IMG/VR virus record: IMGVR_UViG_3300048578_000200
Coordinates: 1 to 39,553 of that record
Source of the DNA: a virus
Lineage: Duplodnaviria > Caudoviricetes
Direction: 5' to 3' (one strand)
Length of the DNA stretch: 39,553 nt
This document shows positions 25,655-34,281 of this stretch, piece after piece. Numbering within the stretch: position 1 is the first letter of the stretch; each line of letters opens with the position of its first letter. Below the pieces are notes generated by a model. It ran no database searches, was not told the origin of the DNA, and saw only the letters and a program-made list of their open reading frames with translations. Position numbers and translations under genes: made by a program.

Positions 25655-27289
25655 GTGGCACTGCAACAAATCGACAACGAGCGTCATCAAGACGCCGTCC
25701 AACAAGAAGAAACGGCAATGCTACCTCCGAATCTCCGACGCGTGCTCGCCGAGGACGAGTACCTGGAGTCACTCTCCCAAGAAACTCGCCTGATGGACTT
25801 TGTCGAAGGCGGCTGGCGCTATGTCGAGCCGGCGGCCTTCCAGTCGAACTGGCACGTCGAGGCGGTCTGCGACCATCTCCAGGCGATCGCCGACGGAGAG
25901 TTGACGCGCTGCATCTTCAATCTTCCTCCCCGCCATATGAAGTCGCTGGGCTCGAACGTCTTCTTCCCAGCCTGGATATGGTTGCAGCCGGTAGCGAAAG
26001 GAGAAGCGCTCCAACCCGACAAACTGAGAGGCCCCGGCGTCAAGTTCATGTACTTGACGTATGATCAGCAGCTCTCCACGCGCGATAGCATCAAGTGCCG
26101 CCAGCTCATCGAATCCCTGTGGTATCAAGAGCGGTGGGGATACCGCTTCGATCTACGGCACGACCAGAACACCAAGACCCGCTTCGACAATATGCAGGGC
26201 GGGCACCGCATCGCGACGTCGTCGAACGGTATGGCGACCGGCGAGGGCGCCGACATTATCGTCTGGGACGATCCGCACAACATCAAGCACATTGAGTCGG
26301 ACACGATCCGGCTGGAGCAATTGCGGACCTGGGACGAAGTTCTGCCGACCCGTCTCAACAATCCCAAGACCGGCGTCTTCCTCGTCATCATGCAGCGCTC
26401 GCACGAGCGCGACCTGACCGGCCACATTCTCGCGAAGGAGACAGGCTGGACGCACCTGTGCCTGCCGGCGCGGTATGAGCCGGATCATCCCTACGTTTAC
26501 GCCAAGGGCATTCCGCACTCTACCAGCTCCCTGCCAGGGAGCCGGTACACTTGGAAGAAGGGGGAGCCGTGGCACGATCCGCGCACGCCCGGCGAACCTC
26601 TCTGGCATGGGCGATTCCCGAAAGAGGTGCTGGACGAATGGTCCATGCGCTTGGGTTCTCACGCCGATGCCGGCCAGCTTCAACAGCGGCCGACCGCGCG
26701 TAAGGGCGGATTGTTCGAGCGCGAGTGGTTCGAGATCGTCAACGCGGTGCCGGCCGGCTGCATGAGCCAGCGCGTCCGCGCCTGGGACTTGGCGTCATCG
26801 ACCGAAGTCAAGGAGGACCCCGACTATACCGCCGGCGTTCTCATGTCGCGCGATCCCACGACCGGCATCTTCTACGTCGAGGATGTGCGCCGCGATCGGT
26901 GGTCGCCGAAGGTGATCCGCACCACGCTGCGCAATGTCGCAACTCAGGACGGCTACGGCTGCCGCATCCGCGTGCCATGTGATCCTGGTCAGGCGGGCAA
27001 GTTCCAGGCCTCCGACATCATCTCGTGGCTCGCCGGCTTCGTGGTGCATGCCGAGGCCGAGAGCGACAGCAAGGGCGTACGCGCCGATCCGCTCTCGGCC
27101 CAGGCCGAAGCCGGCAACGTCAAGCTCGTGAGAGGAGCGTGGAACGACCTGTTCCTCGACGAGCTATGTGCCTTTCCCACTGCATCACACGACGATCAGG
27201 TCGACGCGGCATCCGCCGCCTTCCGCGCCTTGGTGATGATGCCCAACCTGCCGCTGCAATCGTCCTATGGCGAGAGCGACGACGAATAA
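25655..27289 (+). CDS. terL: Terminase large subunit
   Basis: NLPPRHMKS (Walker A), IIVWDDPH (Walker B), IMQRSHERDL, RAWDLAS, DYTAGV, HDDQVDA. Confidence 0.95.
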   Translation: MALQQIDNERHQDAVQQEETAMLPPNLRRVLAEDEYLESLSQETRLMDFVEGGWRYVEPAAFQSNWHVEAVCDHLQAIADGELTRCIFNLPPRHMKSLGSNVFFPAWIWLQPVAKGEALQPDKLRGPGVKFMYLTYDQQLSTRDSIKCRQLIESLWYQERWGYRFDLRHDQNTKTRFDNMQGGHRIATSSNGMATGEGADIIVWDDPHNIKHIESDTIRLEQLRTWDEVLPTRLNNPKTGVFLVIMQRSHERDLTGHILAKETGWTHLCLPARYEPDHPYVYAKGIPHSTSSLPGSRYTWKKGEPWHDPRTPGEPLWHGRFPKEVLDEWSMRLGSHADAGQLQQRPTARKGGLFEREWFEIVNAVPAGCMSQRVRAWDLASSTEVKEDPDYTAGVLMSRDPTTGIFYVEDVRRDRWSPKVIRTTLRNVATQDGYGCRIRVPCDPGQAGKFQASDIISWLAGFVVHAEAESDSKGVRADPLSAQAEAGNVKLVRGAWNDLFLDELCAFPTASHDDQVDAASAAFRALVMMPNLPLQSSYGESDDE

Positions 27290-27316
27290 CGACAACGAAC
27301 AACCAAGAGGTGAGCC

Positions 27317-28999
27317 ATGATCCGCCCGAGCAATGTCGATCTCAACCGTCTCGCGATGCAGCCGACCACTCTGACGCCGGCCGGACGCTCCGCTGCCATC
27401 ATTGCAGCGGGCGGCGATCCATCGGTGCCGAGCCTCGCCTACGTGACGGCTTTGCCAGAGTGGAAACTGATCCGCGACATTCTCGGCGGTGCGCGCGTGA
27501 TCCGCAGCAGGAAGACGCTGTATCTCCCCAAGTACACCAACGAGCCGCAACCCGATTACGACATGCGTGTCCGTTACGCGCCGTTCGTCAACCACTTCCG
27601 GGACAACCTCAACACCATCGTCTCGAAGCCGTTCTCCAAGGAAGTGGTGTTGCAGGGTAATGTCTCTCCGGATCTCCGGGAGATTGCCGAGGACATCGAT
27701 GGCCACGGGACCGGGCAGCACAAGTTCGCACGCGACATCTTCAAGGAAGGCGTCGCCTTCGGCGTTGTCGGCCTCTACGTCGATTTTCCCAACATGAAGG
27801 GCGCCGAGACGCTCGCAGACGAACGGCGCCTGGGCCCGCGGCCGTACTGGTGCATGTACAAGACCGAGGACATCTTGGCGCTGTTCACCGAGATGCGCAG
27901 TGGTCGAAAGTATGTGACGCACGTTCGCTTGGCGGAGAACATCATTCGCCGCGTCGGCTTCTCGGAGCAGTTGGTGCGTCGCGTGCGCATTCTCGATGAT
28001 GATGGGCAGAACCGCACCTGGGCACTCTACGAAGAGACCGGGGCCGGGTGGGTCGCAGTCGGGCAGGGCGAATTGACCTTGCCGGAAATCCCGTTCCGGC
28101 TGTTCAAGCCAGGCGACAGGGAGTGGATCACGAACGCGACCGTGTCGCCGCTCGTCGATCTCGCCCACCTCCAGATCGAACACTACCAGCAATCATCGAA
28201 TCTGAAACACGTCCTCAACCTGACCGGGTTCCCGATGCTGGCCGGCAATGGCGTCTCGCCGCCGATGGACAAGGAGGGAAAGCCGATTCGGCTGCGCATC
28301 GGCCCGAACGTGGTTTGCTTTGCTCCGCCGCAGATGGGCACCTCCGGATATCCGGAGTGGAAGTTCATCGAGCCGACCGGCAATTCGATGGAGCGGCTCC
28401 AGGTCCAGATCGAGCACATCGAAGACCAGATGTCGAAGCTCGGCATGGCACCTCTCGTGCGCAACAGCGGCGGCGTGACGGCGACCGCGTACGCTGTGAA
28501 TGCCGCCAAGGCGCATGCGGCCGCGGAGGCCTGGGCCTCCGATCTCAAGGACGTGCTCGAGGAATGCTGGGAGTTCACCGCGCTCTGGATGGGCAAGCCG
28601 GCCGGTTCTGGCGCCGAGGTCTACATCCACACCGACTTCGGTATCGACCTGCGCGAATCCAAGGAGAACGCGGAGCTGCTCGATGCCGAGAAGGAGGAGG
28701 TGATCTCGACCGAGACCCTCTGGGACGAATGGCAGCGCCGCGGCTTCCTCGGCCCGCAATTCAATCCGGATGTGGAGAAGAAGCGACTCGAAGCGCAGAG
28801 GGCGGCCGACATCAAACGCCAGCAGCAGATGATGAAGCTCGGTCTCATGGCGAATCCGAATGCAGCGCCGGGCGGCGCCGGCAAACAGAATGGTCCGGCC
28901 GCAGGGAAGAAGAAGGGCAAAAGCTCTGGTAGCGGTGAAGCCGTAATGTACGCGCAAGACGAAGGTCAGGAGATGACGGACACCGAAGCGGCCGCCTGA
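27317..28999 (+). CDS. Portal protein (DUF4055-like)
   Basis: Directly after terL; DILGG...YLPKY...DIDGHG...RPYW...PLVDLAHLQIEHYQQSS. Confidence 0.88.
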   Translation: MIRPSNVDLNRLAMQPTTLTPAGRSAAIIAAGGDPSVPSLAYVTALPEWKLIRDILGGARVIRSRKTLYLPKYTNEPQPDYDMRVRYAPFVNHFRDNLNTIVSKPFSKEVVLQGNVSPDLREIAEDIDGHGTGQHKFARDIFKEGVAFGVVGLYVDFPNMKGAETLADERRLGPRPYWCMYKTEDILALFTEMRSGRKYVTHVRLAENIIRRVGFSEQLVRRVRILDDDGQNRTWALYEETGAGWVAVGQGELTLPEIPFRLFKPGDREWITNATVSPLVDLAHLQIEHYQQSSNLKHVLNLTGFPMLAGNGVSPPMDKEGKPIRLRIGPNVVCFAPPQMGTSGYPEWKFIEPTGNSMERLQVQIEHIEDQMSKLGMAPLVRNSGGVTATAYAVNAAKAHAAAEAWASDLKDVLEECWEFTALWMGKPAGSGAEVYIHTDFGIDLRESKENAELLDAEKEEVISTETLWDEWQRRGFLGPQFNPDVEKKRLEAQRAADIKRQQQMMKLGLMANPNAAPGGAGKQNGPAAGKKKGKSSGSGEAVMYAQDEGQEMTDTEAAA

Positions 29000-29009
29000 A
29001 AAAAAGGTG

Positions 29010-29038
29010 TTGCGCCGTGGACGGACTAGACGTACTTC
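29010..29038 (+). promoter_or_regulatory. Possible promoter for the RNA cluster
   Basis: A-tract followed by TTGCGC-17-TACTTC. Confidence 0.4.
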
Positions 29039-29179
29039 TTTGGCATGGTCGGGCGATTCCGTGAAGGCGGGGTCGCCCGTATGCGTTTCGAGCGCGACAA
29101 TCGATAAGAAACAGGCGCTTCAAGAAGAAGAAGGCAGTGGCGCAATGCGCTAACACCCAACGGACTCGCACGACGCGAG

Positions 29180-29490
29180 GATGGTGCTGAACCTCACTCT
29201 TGAGGCTCGTCGGACCCGGGGGCAGTGCCCGGCGCCTCCACCACGGACACAGTAACCAGCTCGCTTGCGCGCCGGTGTATTCACGCGGCTTGCGGATGCT
29301 CCTGCTGTGTCTCTGATGGGGGCGACACAGGATCGACGCCGAGAGGACGAAGCGAGCTGTACCCGGCCTGCCGCCGTCATCGGCAAGACCAACCAAATGC
29401 CAACGACAACGTCGGCATGATTGAAATGCGCCTCGCGGCGTAAGCAATCGGGGGTCACCCGCGCCCTGGCAACAGAAGCGGGCCTTCTTT
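29180..29490 (+). ncRNA. ssrA: Circularly permuted two-piece tmRNA (outer ends approximate)
   Basis: Acceptor piece ends GGACCCGGGGGCAGTGCCCGGCGCCTCCACCA at 29243. Coding piece starts GGGGGCGACACAGGATCGAC at 29318. 7-bp acceptor stem with G3:U70. Tag ANDNVGMIEMRLAA* at 29399-29443. Confidence 0.93.
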
Positions 29491-29504
29491 CAGGAGACCG
29501 GACC

Positions 29505-29726
29505 ATGCGCGTGTCGATTGATTTCGACCCGGCCATCGATTCGTTTGCGACGATCTCGGCGGTCGTGTCCGCCGCGTATCCGCAATTCGCCCTCGTGCCG
29601 GGTGTCGCCGGAGAGTTGAAGGCCTTCGAGCCTCAGACCTCCGCCGAGTCCGTCGCCGATGCGCCCCAGGCGGATCAGCCGGCCGAAGCCTTGCCGACCG
29701 ACACCTCTCTGAGGCGACGTCGCTGA
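29505..29726 (+). CDS. Hypothetical protein
   Basis: AGGAG RBS. Confidence 0.6.
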   Translation: MRVSIDFDPAIDSFATISAVVSAAYPQFALVPGVAGELKAFEPQTSAESVADAPQADQPAEALPTDTSLRRRR

Positions 29727-29733
29727 CCAGTTT

Positions 29734-29805
29734 GCGGAGATAGGTTCATAGCAGACCGCCCGGCTCCAACCGGGAAGTGCCGCCTCACAACGGCTCTCCG
29801 CTCCA
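29734..29805 (+). tRNA. Aberrant tRNA-Gly-like RNA
   Basis: GCGGAGA/TCTCCGC acceptor, U73, CCA; D-arm GGTT/GACC; anticodon arm CCCGG-CTCCAA-CCGGG (6-nt loop); T-arm GCCG/CGGC without TTC. Confidence 0.7.
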
Positions 29806-29931
29806 TTTTCCTCAGAACCGGCGCGAGCCCCCATCCCGGGGCAGACCGCAGCGATCCTCGACGTGAACGGCCTCGAGCTCCTTCGAGCCGGTGCGGACGG
29901 GAACCTGCCCGACGCCGGCGGGCACCTTTGA

Positions 29932-30008
29932 CGCGGGATAGCGCAGTCCGGTAGCGCGGCTGGTTCATACCCAGCAGGTCGTCGGTTCAAATCCGACTCC
30001 CGCAACCA
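29932..30008 (+). tRNA. tRNA-Met(CAT), initiator-like
   Basis: Full cloverleaf, C1:A72 mismatch, anticodon CAT, GGTTCAAATCC T-arm, encoded CCA. Confidence 0.95.
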
Positions 30009-30062
30009 ATTTTCCGCCATGGCGGCCCGGCGGCAATCAAGCGGCTGCAAGGAGCATCATTT

Positions 30063-30233
30063 ATGGCCAAGTATCCCGTGAAGGGCACGGACGAAGTCCG
30101 CGAAGCGACCGAGAACGATGTGATCCTCAGCGACGAGATCATCGGCACCGATCCGGACCCGAATGTTCGCGCAACGCTGCTTCATGAAGCCCAGGCCGGC
30201 GGCGCCGGAGCGGGCGGCGGCGGCGGCGACTGA
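30063..30233 (+). CDS. 56-aa acidic protein with Gly-rich tail
   Basis: AAGGAG RBS; MAKYPVKGTDEVRE...GGAGAGGGGGD. Confidence 0.6.
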   Translation: MAKYPVKGTDEVREATENDVILSDEIIGTDPDPNVRATLLHEAQAGGAGAGGGGGD

Positions 30234-30318
30234 TCCTTCTCTGACAAGAATACCCAGCGCGAGCGGGGCGTCGTCGTGGTCATCCATGGCGGCGTCCCCA
30301 AGTCTTTTGAGAGGTCGA

Positions 30319-30489
30319 ATGGTCACCCTGGTCGTGATGGTCTTTTTCGGAACGTCCGATCCGGTGATTTCGGCGCGTTCGCTTGACAGCCTCGATGCCT
30401 GCTGGCGCGAGGCGCGCGCAGAGATCCAAAAGACCCGGCCTGGCGCGACGTCAGTCGGCGCCGGCTGCAAGGTCAATCTTCCGCGGTGA
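30319..30489 (+). CDS. Small hypothetical protein
   Basis: GAGG RBS; hydrophobic N-terminus and two Cys. Confidence 0.5.
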   Translation: MVTLVVMVFFGTSDPVISARSLDSLDACWREARAEIQKTRPGATSVGAGCKVNLPR

Positions 30490-30492
30490 TCT

Positions 30493-30750
30493 ATGCTCGT
30501 CGTCTTTCCCAAGAAGTTCGGCTTTCTCGCCATCGGGCGTGATCTCCTGGGCGGGTACGACGCAGCGATCGAGATGGGCTGGTCGCCGCGCGACAACCCA
30601 CCGGAATGCGAAATCGCTTTCCGATTCAATCTGTATCTGCGCTGGAACTGGCTCCCGATCCGCCGCTGGGAATGGACGCCTGAGCACGGCGATCGTCTCA
30701 TCGGCCTCGGCCGGTGGCCTGCCAGCTTCACGTTCATCCGCTGCGAGTGA
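30493..30750 (+). CDS. Hypothetical protein
   Basis: Packed in the operon. Confidence 0.5.
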   Translation: MLVVFPKKFGFLAIGRDLLGGYDAAIEMGWSPRDNPPECEIAFRFNLYLRWNWLPIRRWEWTPEHGDRLIGLGRWPASFTFIRCE

Positions 30751-30756
30751 CAAACG

Positions 30757-30957
30757 ATGATCGTGCCATCGAAGAAACTTGTGATCGTTCGCACCGGCGA
30801 CGGCAAGTTCTATCCCACGGTTGATGGCGCCCCGATCGAGGGGTGCGTGTCGACCTTTATGCGATCCGATCCGGAGAGCAATTTCGTCTCGCTCATCTTC
30901 GAACCGAAGGCGGTCCAGCTCGCCACCGAGCCCGATCCGACCGAAACGAGACACTGA
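30757..30957 (+). CDS. Hypothetical protein
   Basis: Packed in the operon. Confidence 0.55.
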   Translation: MIVPSKKLVIVRTGDGKFYPTVDGAPIEGCVSTFMRSDPESNFVSLIFEPKAVQLATEPDPTETRH

Positions 30958-31125
30958 GTTCGTGGGCCCGCCCAAGGGCCTGCGTCGCGGCGACCCATTC
31001 TCCGTGGTTCTGTCGCCGCTGCGACGGGGAGCGTTCATAACGCGGTGCGTGCCGCGCTCGGAGAAACGGTCGCGTCGACTGGACCCGCACACCGAGCCCC
31101 CGTCGCCCCCATTCTGGAGAGGGAC

Positions 31126-31485
31126 ATGTCCGCCATGCGAATGACCGGAATTGCCGCCGCAATCGCCGCGGTCCTCTTCTTTTCGACGCCGGCGGCGGCG
31201 GACTGCGTGACGCTCGAAAGCGCGCGCGAATACCATGCTCTTCTGCCCGCCGACATCATCCAGGTCGAATGGCGGGGCGACCAAGCGCGTCGCTTCCTGA
31301 CCTTCCTCTTTAAGGACCCGAACGAGGTCCTCGATCTGGTGTTCCTGTTCCAATTCAACGACGGAACGGCGCAGTTTACCGTCGGTTCGCAGATCGCCGG
31401 AAAGGTGTGTTCGAGCCCTTCCTTTCGCCTCGATCCCGATCAGGTCGAGAGCGCGTTGCAGGCCGTCTACGGCCAACCCTCTTGA
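31126..31485 (+). CDS. Putative exported protein
   Basis: Signal-peptide-like N-terminus ending PAAA-DC; GGAGAGG RBS. Confidence 0.65.
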   Translation: MSAMRMTGIAAAIAAVLFFSTPAAADCVTLESAREYHALLPADIIQVEWRGDQARRFLTFLFKDPNEVLDLVFLFQFNDGTAQFTVGSQIAGKVCSSPSFRLDPDQVESALQAVYGQPS

Positions 31486-31495
31486 GGAAACGTCA

Positions 31496-31777
31496 ATGAC
31501 CGCCGCCGCCACGTCGCTCGCAAGCAAGAACGTCAATTTCGCGACGGATTATGATCCCGCCACGCGCAAGCACACCCTTGTCGTCACTGTGGGCGGGGCG
31601 ACGTTGACGGTCGATGGCGCGGCCGCGATCTCCGTCATCGGTTCGCCCACGGATGCCGCCTGGAATGGCACGGACCCGGGCGCCACGCTCATCTCGGTCG
31701 CCAAGAAGATCGCGATCGAAGCGGTCAATACCAACACGCTGCTCGCCGCCATCAAGGCGAACACCACCAAGACCTGA
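31496..31777 (+). CDS. Hypothetical Thr/Ala-rich protein, possibly virion-associated
   Basis: GAGGA RBS. Confidence 0.65.
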   Translation: MTAAATSLASKNVNFATDYDPATRKHTLVVTVGGATLTVDGAAAISVIGSPTDAAWNGTDPGATLISVAKKIAIEAVNTNTLLAAIKANTTKT

Positions 31778-31808
31778 ACGAGCTTCGAGCCGTAGTCGAC
31801 CGGCTCGG

Positions 31809-31841
31809 GGCCGACGTTCGCGGCGTCGGCCTTCCCCTTTC
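31809..31841 (+). terminator. Probable terminator
   Basis: GGCCGACG-loop-CGTCGGCC followed by TTCCCCTTT. Confidence 0.5.
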
Positions 31842-31865
31842 CAGCCGTCCAAGACGGATCATGCA

Positions 31866-31972
31866 CTGGGCGATGCCCGGGGGCATGGCTGCCTGCCTGT
31901 GCAGCGAACAGGTCACTGGAGCCGATGGCTCCCGGTCTGCCGGGCCGATCCCGGTCACCGAGGCGATGCCTC
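31866..31972 (+). promoter_or_regulatory. Four short hairpins with GAT-containing loops in the scaffold leader
   Basis: Hairpins at 31866-31880, 31918-31932, 31939-31955 and 31960-31972. Confidence 0.6.
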
Positions 31973-31990
31973 AAATTCCCAGGATGCACC

Positions 31991-32815
31991 ATGTCGCTCA
32001 AGGCCCTGCTCGATTCGCTCGAAGGTCTCACCGATGAAGTGAAGCCGCTCTACAAGCCGATCGGAGAAGGGGAGTTCAAGGGCAAGTTCGTTCTCGATGT
32101 CGAAGCCGCCAACGGCTTCACGCTCGAGAACGTCGAGGGCCTCAAGAACGCCTTTACCGCGACCAAGACCGAACTGGAGTCGGCGCGAGCCGCCGTCGAA
32201 GGCTTCAAGGGTCTCAACGCCAACGCCGTGCGCAATCAGCTCAAGGAGCTGGATCGCCTGAAGAAGATCGATCCGGAAACGGAAGCCGGTCGCCTCGCTC
32301 AGGAGCAGATCAACTCCAAGGTCGAAGAGCTGACCAGTAAGCACGAGCGCGAGACGAAGAAACTCTCCGATCGTAACGATTTCCTGGCGAAGGAAGTCGA
32401 CCGCCTGCTCCTCGAAGCCGAGGCGAGGGCATCGATCCTGAAGCACAAGGGCGTGCCCGAGCTGTTGCTCGAAAAGGTTCTCAAGTACGGCCGCGTCAAG
32501 GAAGTGAACGGTCACTTCGAGACGCAGATCGTCAACGCCAGCGGTGACCAGGACTTCTCGATCCGGGACGGCAAGGCCGTTCCCTCCACCTTCGAGGATG
32601 TCGTGGCGAAGCTGAAGGCGGATGCGGTCTATGGCCGGGCCTTCGAGGCCTCCGGGCGCACGGGCTCCGGCGCGGACAACGTCAACAATGGCGGCGGCCT
32701 CGCTGGAAAGAATCCCTTCGCGAAGGCGACGTTCAATCTGACGAGACAGATGGAGCTCCTGGCCAACGATCCGTCGCTCGCCGCAGCCCTGAAGGCCGCG
32801 GCCCAGACCGAGTAA
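31991..32815 (+). CDS. Capsid scaffolding protein
   Basis: Coiled-coil protein just before the capsid gene; C-terminal KNPFAKATFNLTRQMELLANDPSLA. Confidence 0.85.
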   Translation: MSLKALLDSLEGLTDEVKPLYKPIGEGEFKGKFVLDVEAANGFTLENVEGLKNAFTATKTELESARAAVEGFKGLNANAVRNQLKELDRLKKIDPETEAGRLAQEQINSKVEELTSKHERETKKLSDRNDFLAKEVDRLLLEAEARASILKHKGVPELLLEKVLKYGRVKEVNGHFETQIVNASGDQDFSIRDGKAVPSTFEDVVAKLKADAVYGRAFEASGRTGSGADNVNNGGGLAGKNPFAKATFNLTRQMELLANDPSLAAALKAAAQTE

Positions 32816-32878
32816 TCGGCCGCAACACTCACGTTCGCACCGCGCCGGAGAGCGCGGAATCAAGAAAGGACCAGCCTA

Positions 32879-33841
32879 ATGGCCGACGATCCCACCACCT
32901 TGTCCGATATGGTGCTCATTCCGGACGTGTTCCGGCAGTACATCATCGAGGCGTCCGTCAAGCTCGACGCATTCCTGTCCAGCGGCATCGCCGTCGACCT
33001 TTCCGAGGTCATCGAGGACTTCGGCACCACGGTCGAAATGCCGTTCTTCACCGCTCTGAGCGGTGACGATGACGTCTCCGACGACACCCAGGACATCGTC
33101 ATCCACAACATCGACTCGTCCAAGGACATCGCCGCGAAGCTCCAGCGCGACAAGGCATTCGGCGCCACCGATCTGTCGGCCGAGCTCTCGGGTGCCGATC
33201 CGATGCTCGCCATTGCCGCCACGATCGGCAAATGGTGGAGCGAGCGTCGGCAGGCCGCCCTGCTGGCTTCAGTCGGCGGCGCCATGGCCTGTGCCAATAT
33301 GGCCGGCAACGTCTTCGACATCTCCGCGCTGACGGATGGTGCCCAGTATTTCGACGGCGAGTCGTTCATCGACGCGACGCACATGCTCGGCGACCACGCC
33401 AACGCCCTGAAGGGTGTCGCGGTCCACTCCGACACCGAAAAGGTGATGAAGAAGCAGGACCTGATCGACTACATCAAGCCGTCCACCGGTGGCGAGCCGA
33501 TCCCGTTCTACCAGGGCAAGCGCGTCGTCGTGACCGACGATATGCCGGTCACGAATGGCACCTACACCTCCTACATCTTCGGCCCCGGCGCCGTCGGCTT
33601 CGCCCAGCGCCCGCGCCGCAAGCCGGTGGAGCGCGGCCGCGACCCGCTGAAGAATGGCGGCCGCGATTACCTTGTGACGCGCGAGCAGTGGGTGTTCCAC
33701 CCGCGCGGCATCAAGTGGATCGGCACGCCGGTGAAGGCCACGCCGTCGAACAGCGAGCTGGCCGTCGCGGCGAGCTGGACCCGGGTCTGGCAGCCGAAGA
33801 ACATCCGCATCGTCAAGTTCGTCCACAAGCTGACGGCGTGA
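32879..33841 (+). CDS. Major capsid protein (SPP1 gp13-like)
   Basis: TVEMPFFTALSGD, TDLSAELSGADPM, HPRGIKW...PSNSELA...WTRVWQPKNIRIVKFVHKL. Confidence 0.9.
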   Translation: MADDPTTLSDMVLIPDVFRQYIIEASVKLDAFLSSGIAVDLSEVIEDFGTTVEMPFFTALSGDDDVSDDTQDIVIHNIDSSKDIAAKLQRDKAFGATDLSAELSGADPMLAIAATIGKWWSERRQAALLASVGGAMACANMAGNVFDISALTDGAQYFDGESFIDATHMLGDHANALKGVAVHSDTEKVMKKQDLIDYIKPSTGGEPIPFYQGKRVVVTDDMPVTNGTYTSYIFGPGAVGFAQRPRRKPVERGRDPLKNGGRDYLVTREQWVFHPRGIKWIGTPVKATPSNSELAVAASWTRVWQPKNIRIVKFVHKLTA

Positions 33842-33907
33842 CGCGCGGTCACCATATCGGGGCGGGGATCACTCCTCGCCCCGTCTCCTTCATGCTGTAG
33901 GTAGGCC

Positions 33908-34252
33908 ATGTCCGAAACCCCGTTCGTGAACCCAAAAGGCTGGCGCGCGCGCGCCGAGCGCGCCGCGGCGCGCAACGTCTACGAGACGTCCATGCAGCCG
34001 CTCCGCAATCAGCGTGACCTGGCTGTCCGGAGGGCGCGCGTTGCGGCGGTGCTGGCCGACAAAGATGCGAGCGAGGATGCGCGCAGGAAAGCCGCCGACG
34101 AACTCGCATTCATCGAACTCGAGCTGGCCGAGGCGGCCGCGCCGCCCGATCCGCACGAAGCGCAAGAGCCGCCGCGGGCGGCCAAGGCGGCCAAGGCGGT
34201 CAAGTCCGACCCGGGCCCAACCAAAGCCGCCGGTGCGTCGGGCAAACAGTGA
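33908..34252 (+). CDS. Hypothetical protein
   Basis: Follows the capsid gene and a hairpin at 33859-33883. Confidence 0.6.
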   Translation: MSETPFVNPKGWRARAERAAARNVYETSMQPLRNQRDLAVRRARVAAVLADKDASEDARRKAADELAFIELELAEAAAPPDPHEAQEPPRAAKAAKAVKSDPGPTKAAGASGKQ

Positions 34253-34281
34253 ACGTCGTCACGTCCTGAGAGGACACCTCC

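Noticed and set aside
29225-29443. 72-aa ORF as a protein gene
   Set aside because: It is the tmRNA tag frame extended upstream through RNA structure.
29180-30008. tmRNA or tRNA as a prophage attachment site
   Set aside because: Phage morphogenesis genes continue on both sides; no integrase or duplicated 3' end was seen.
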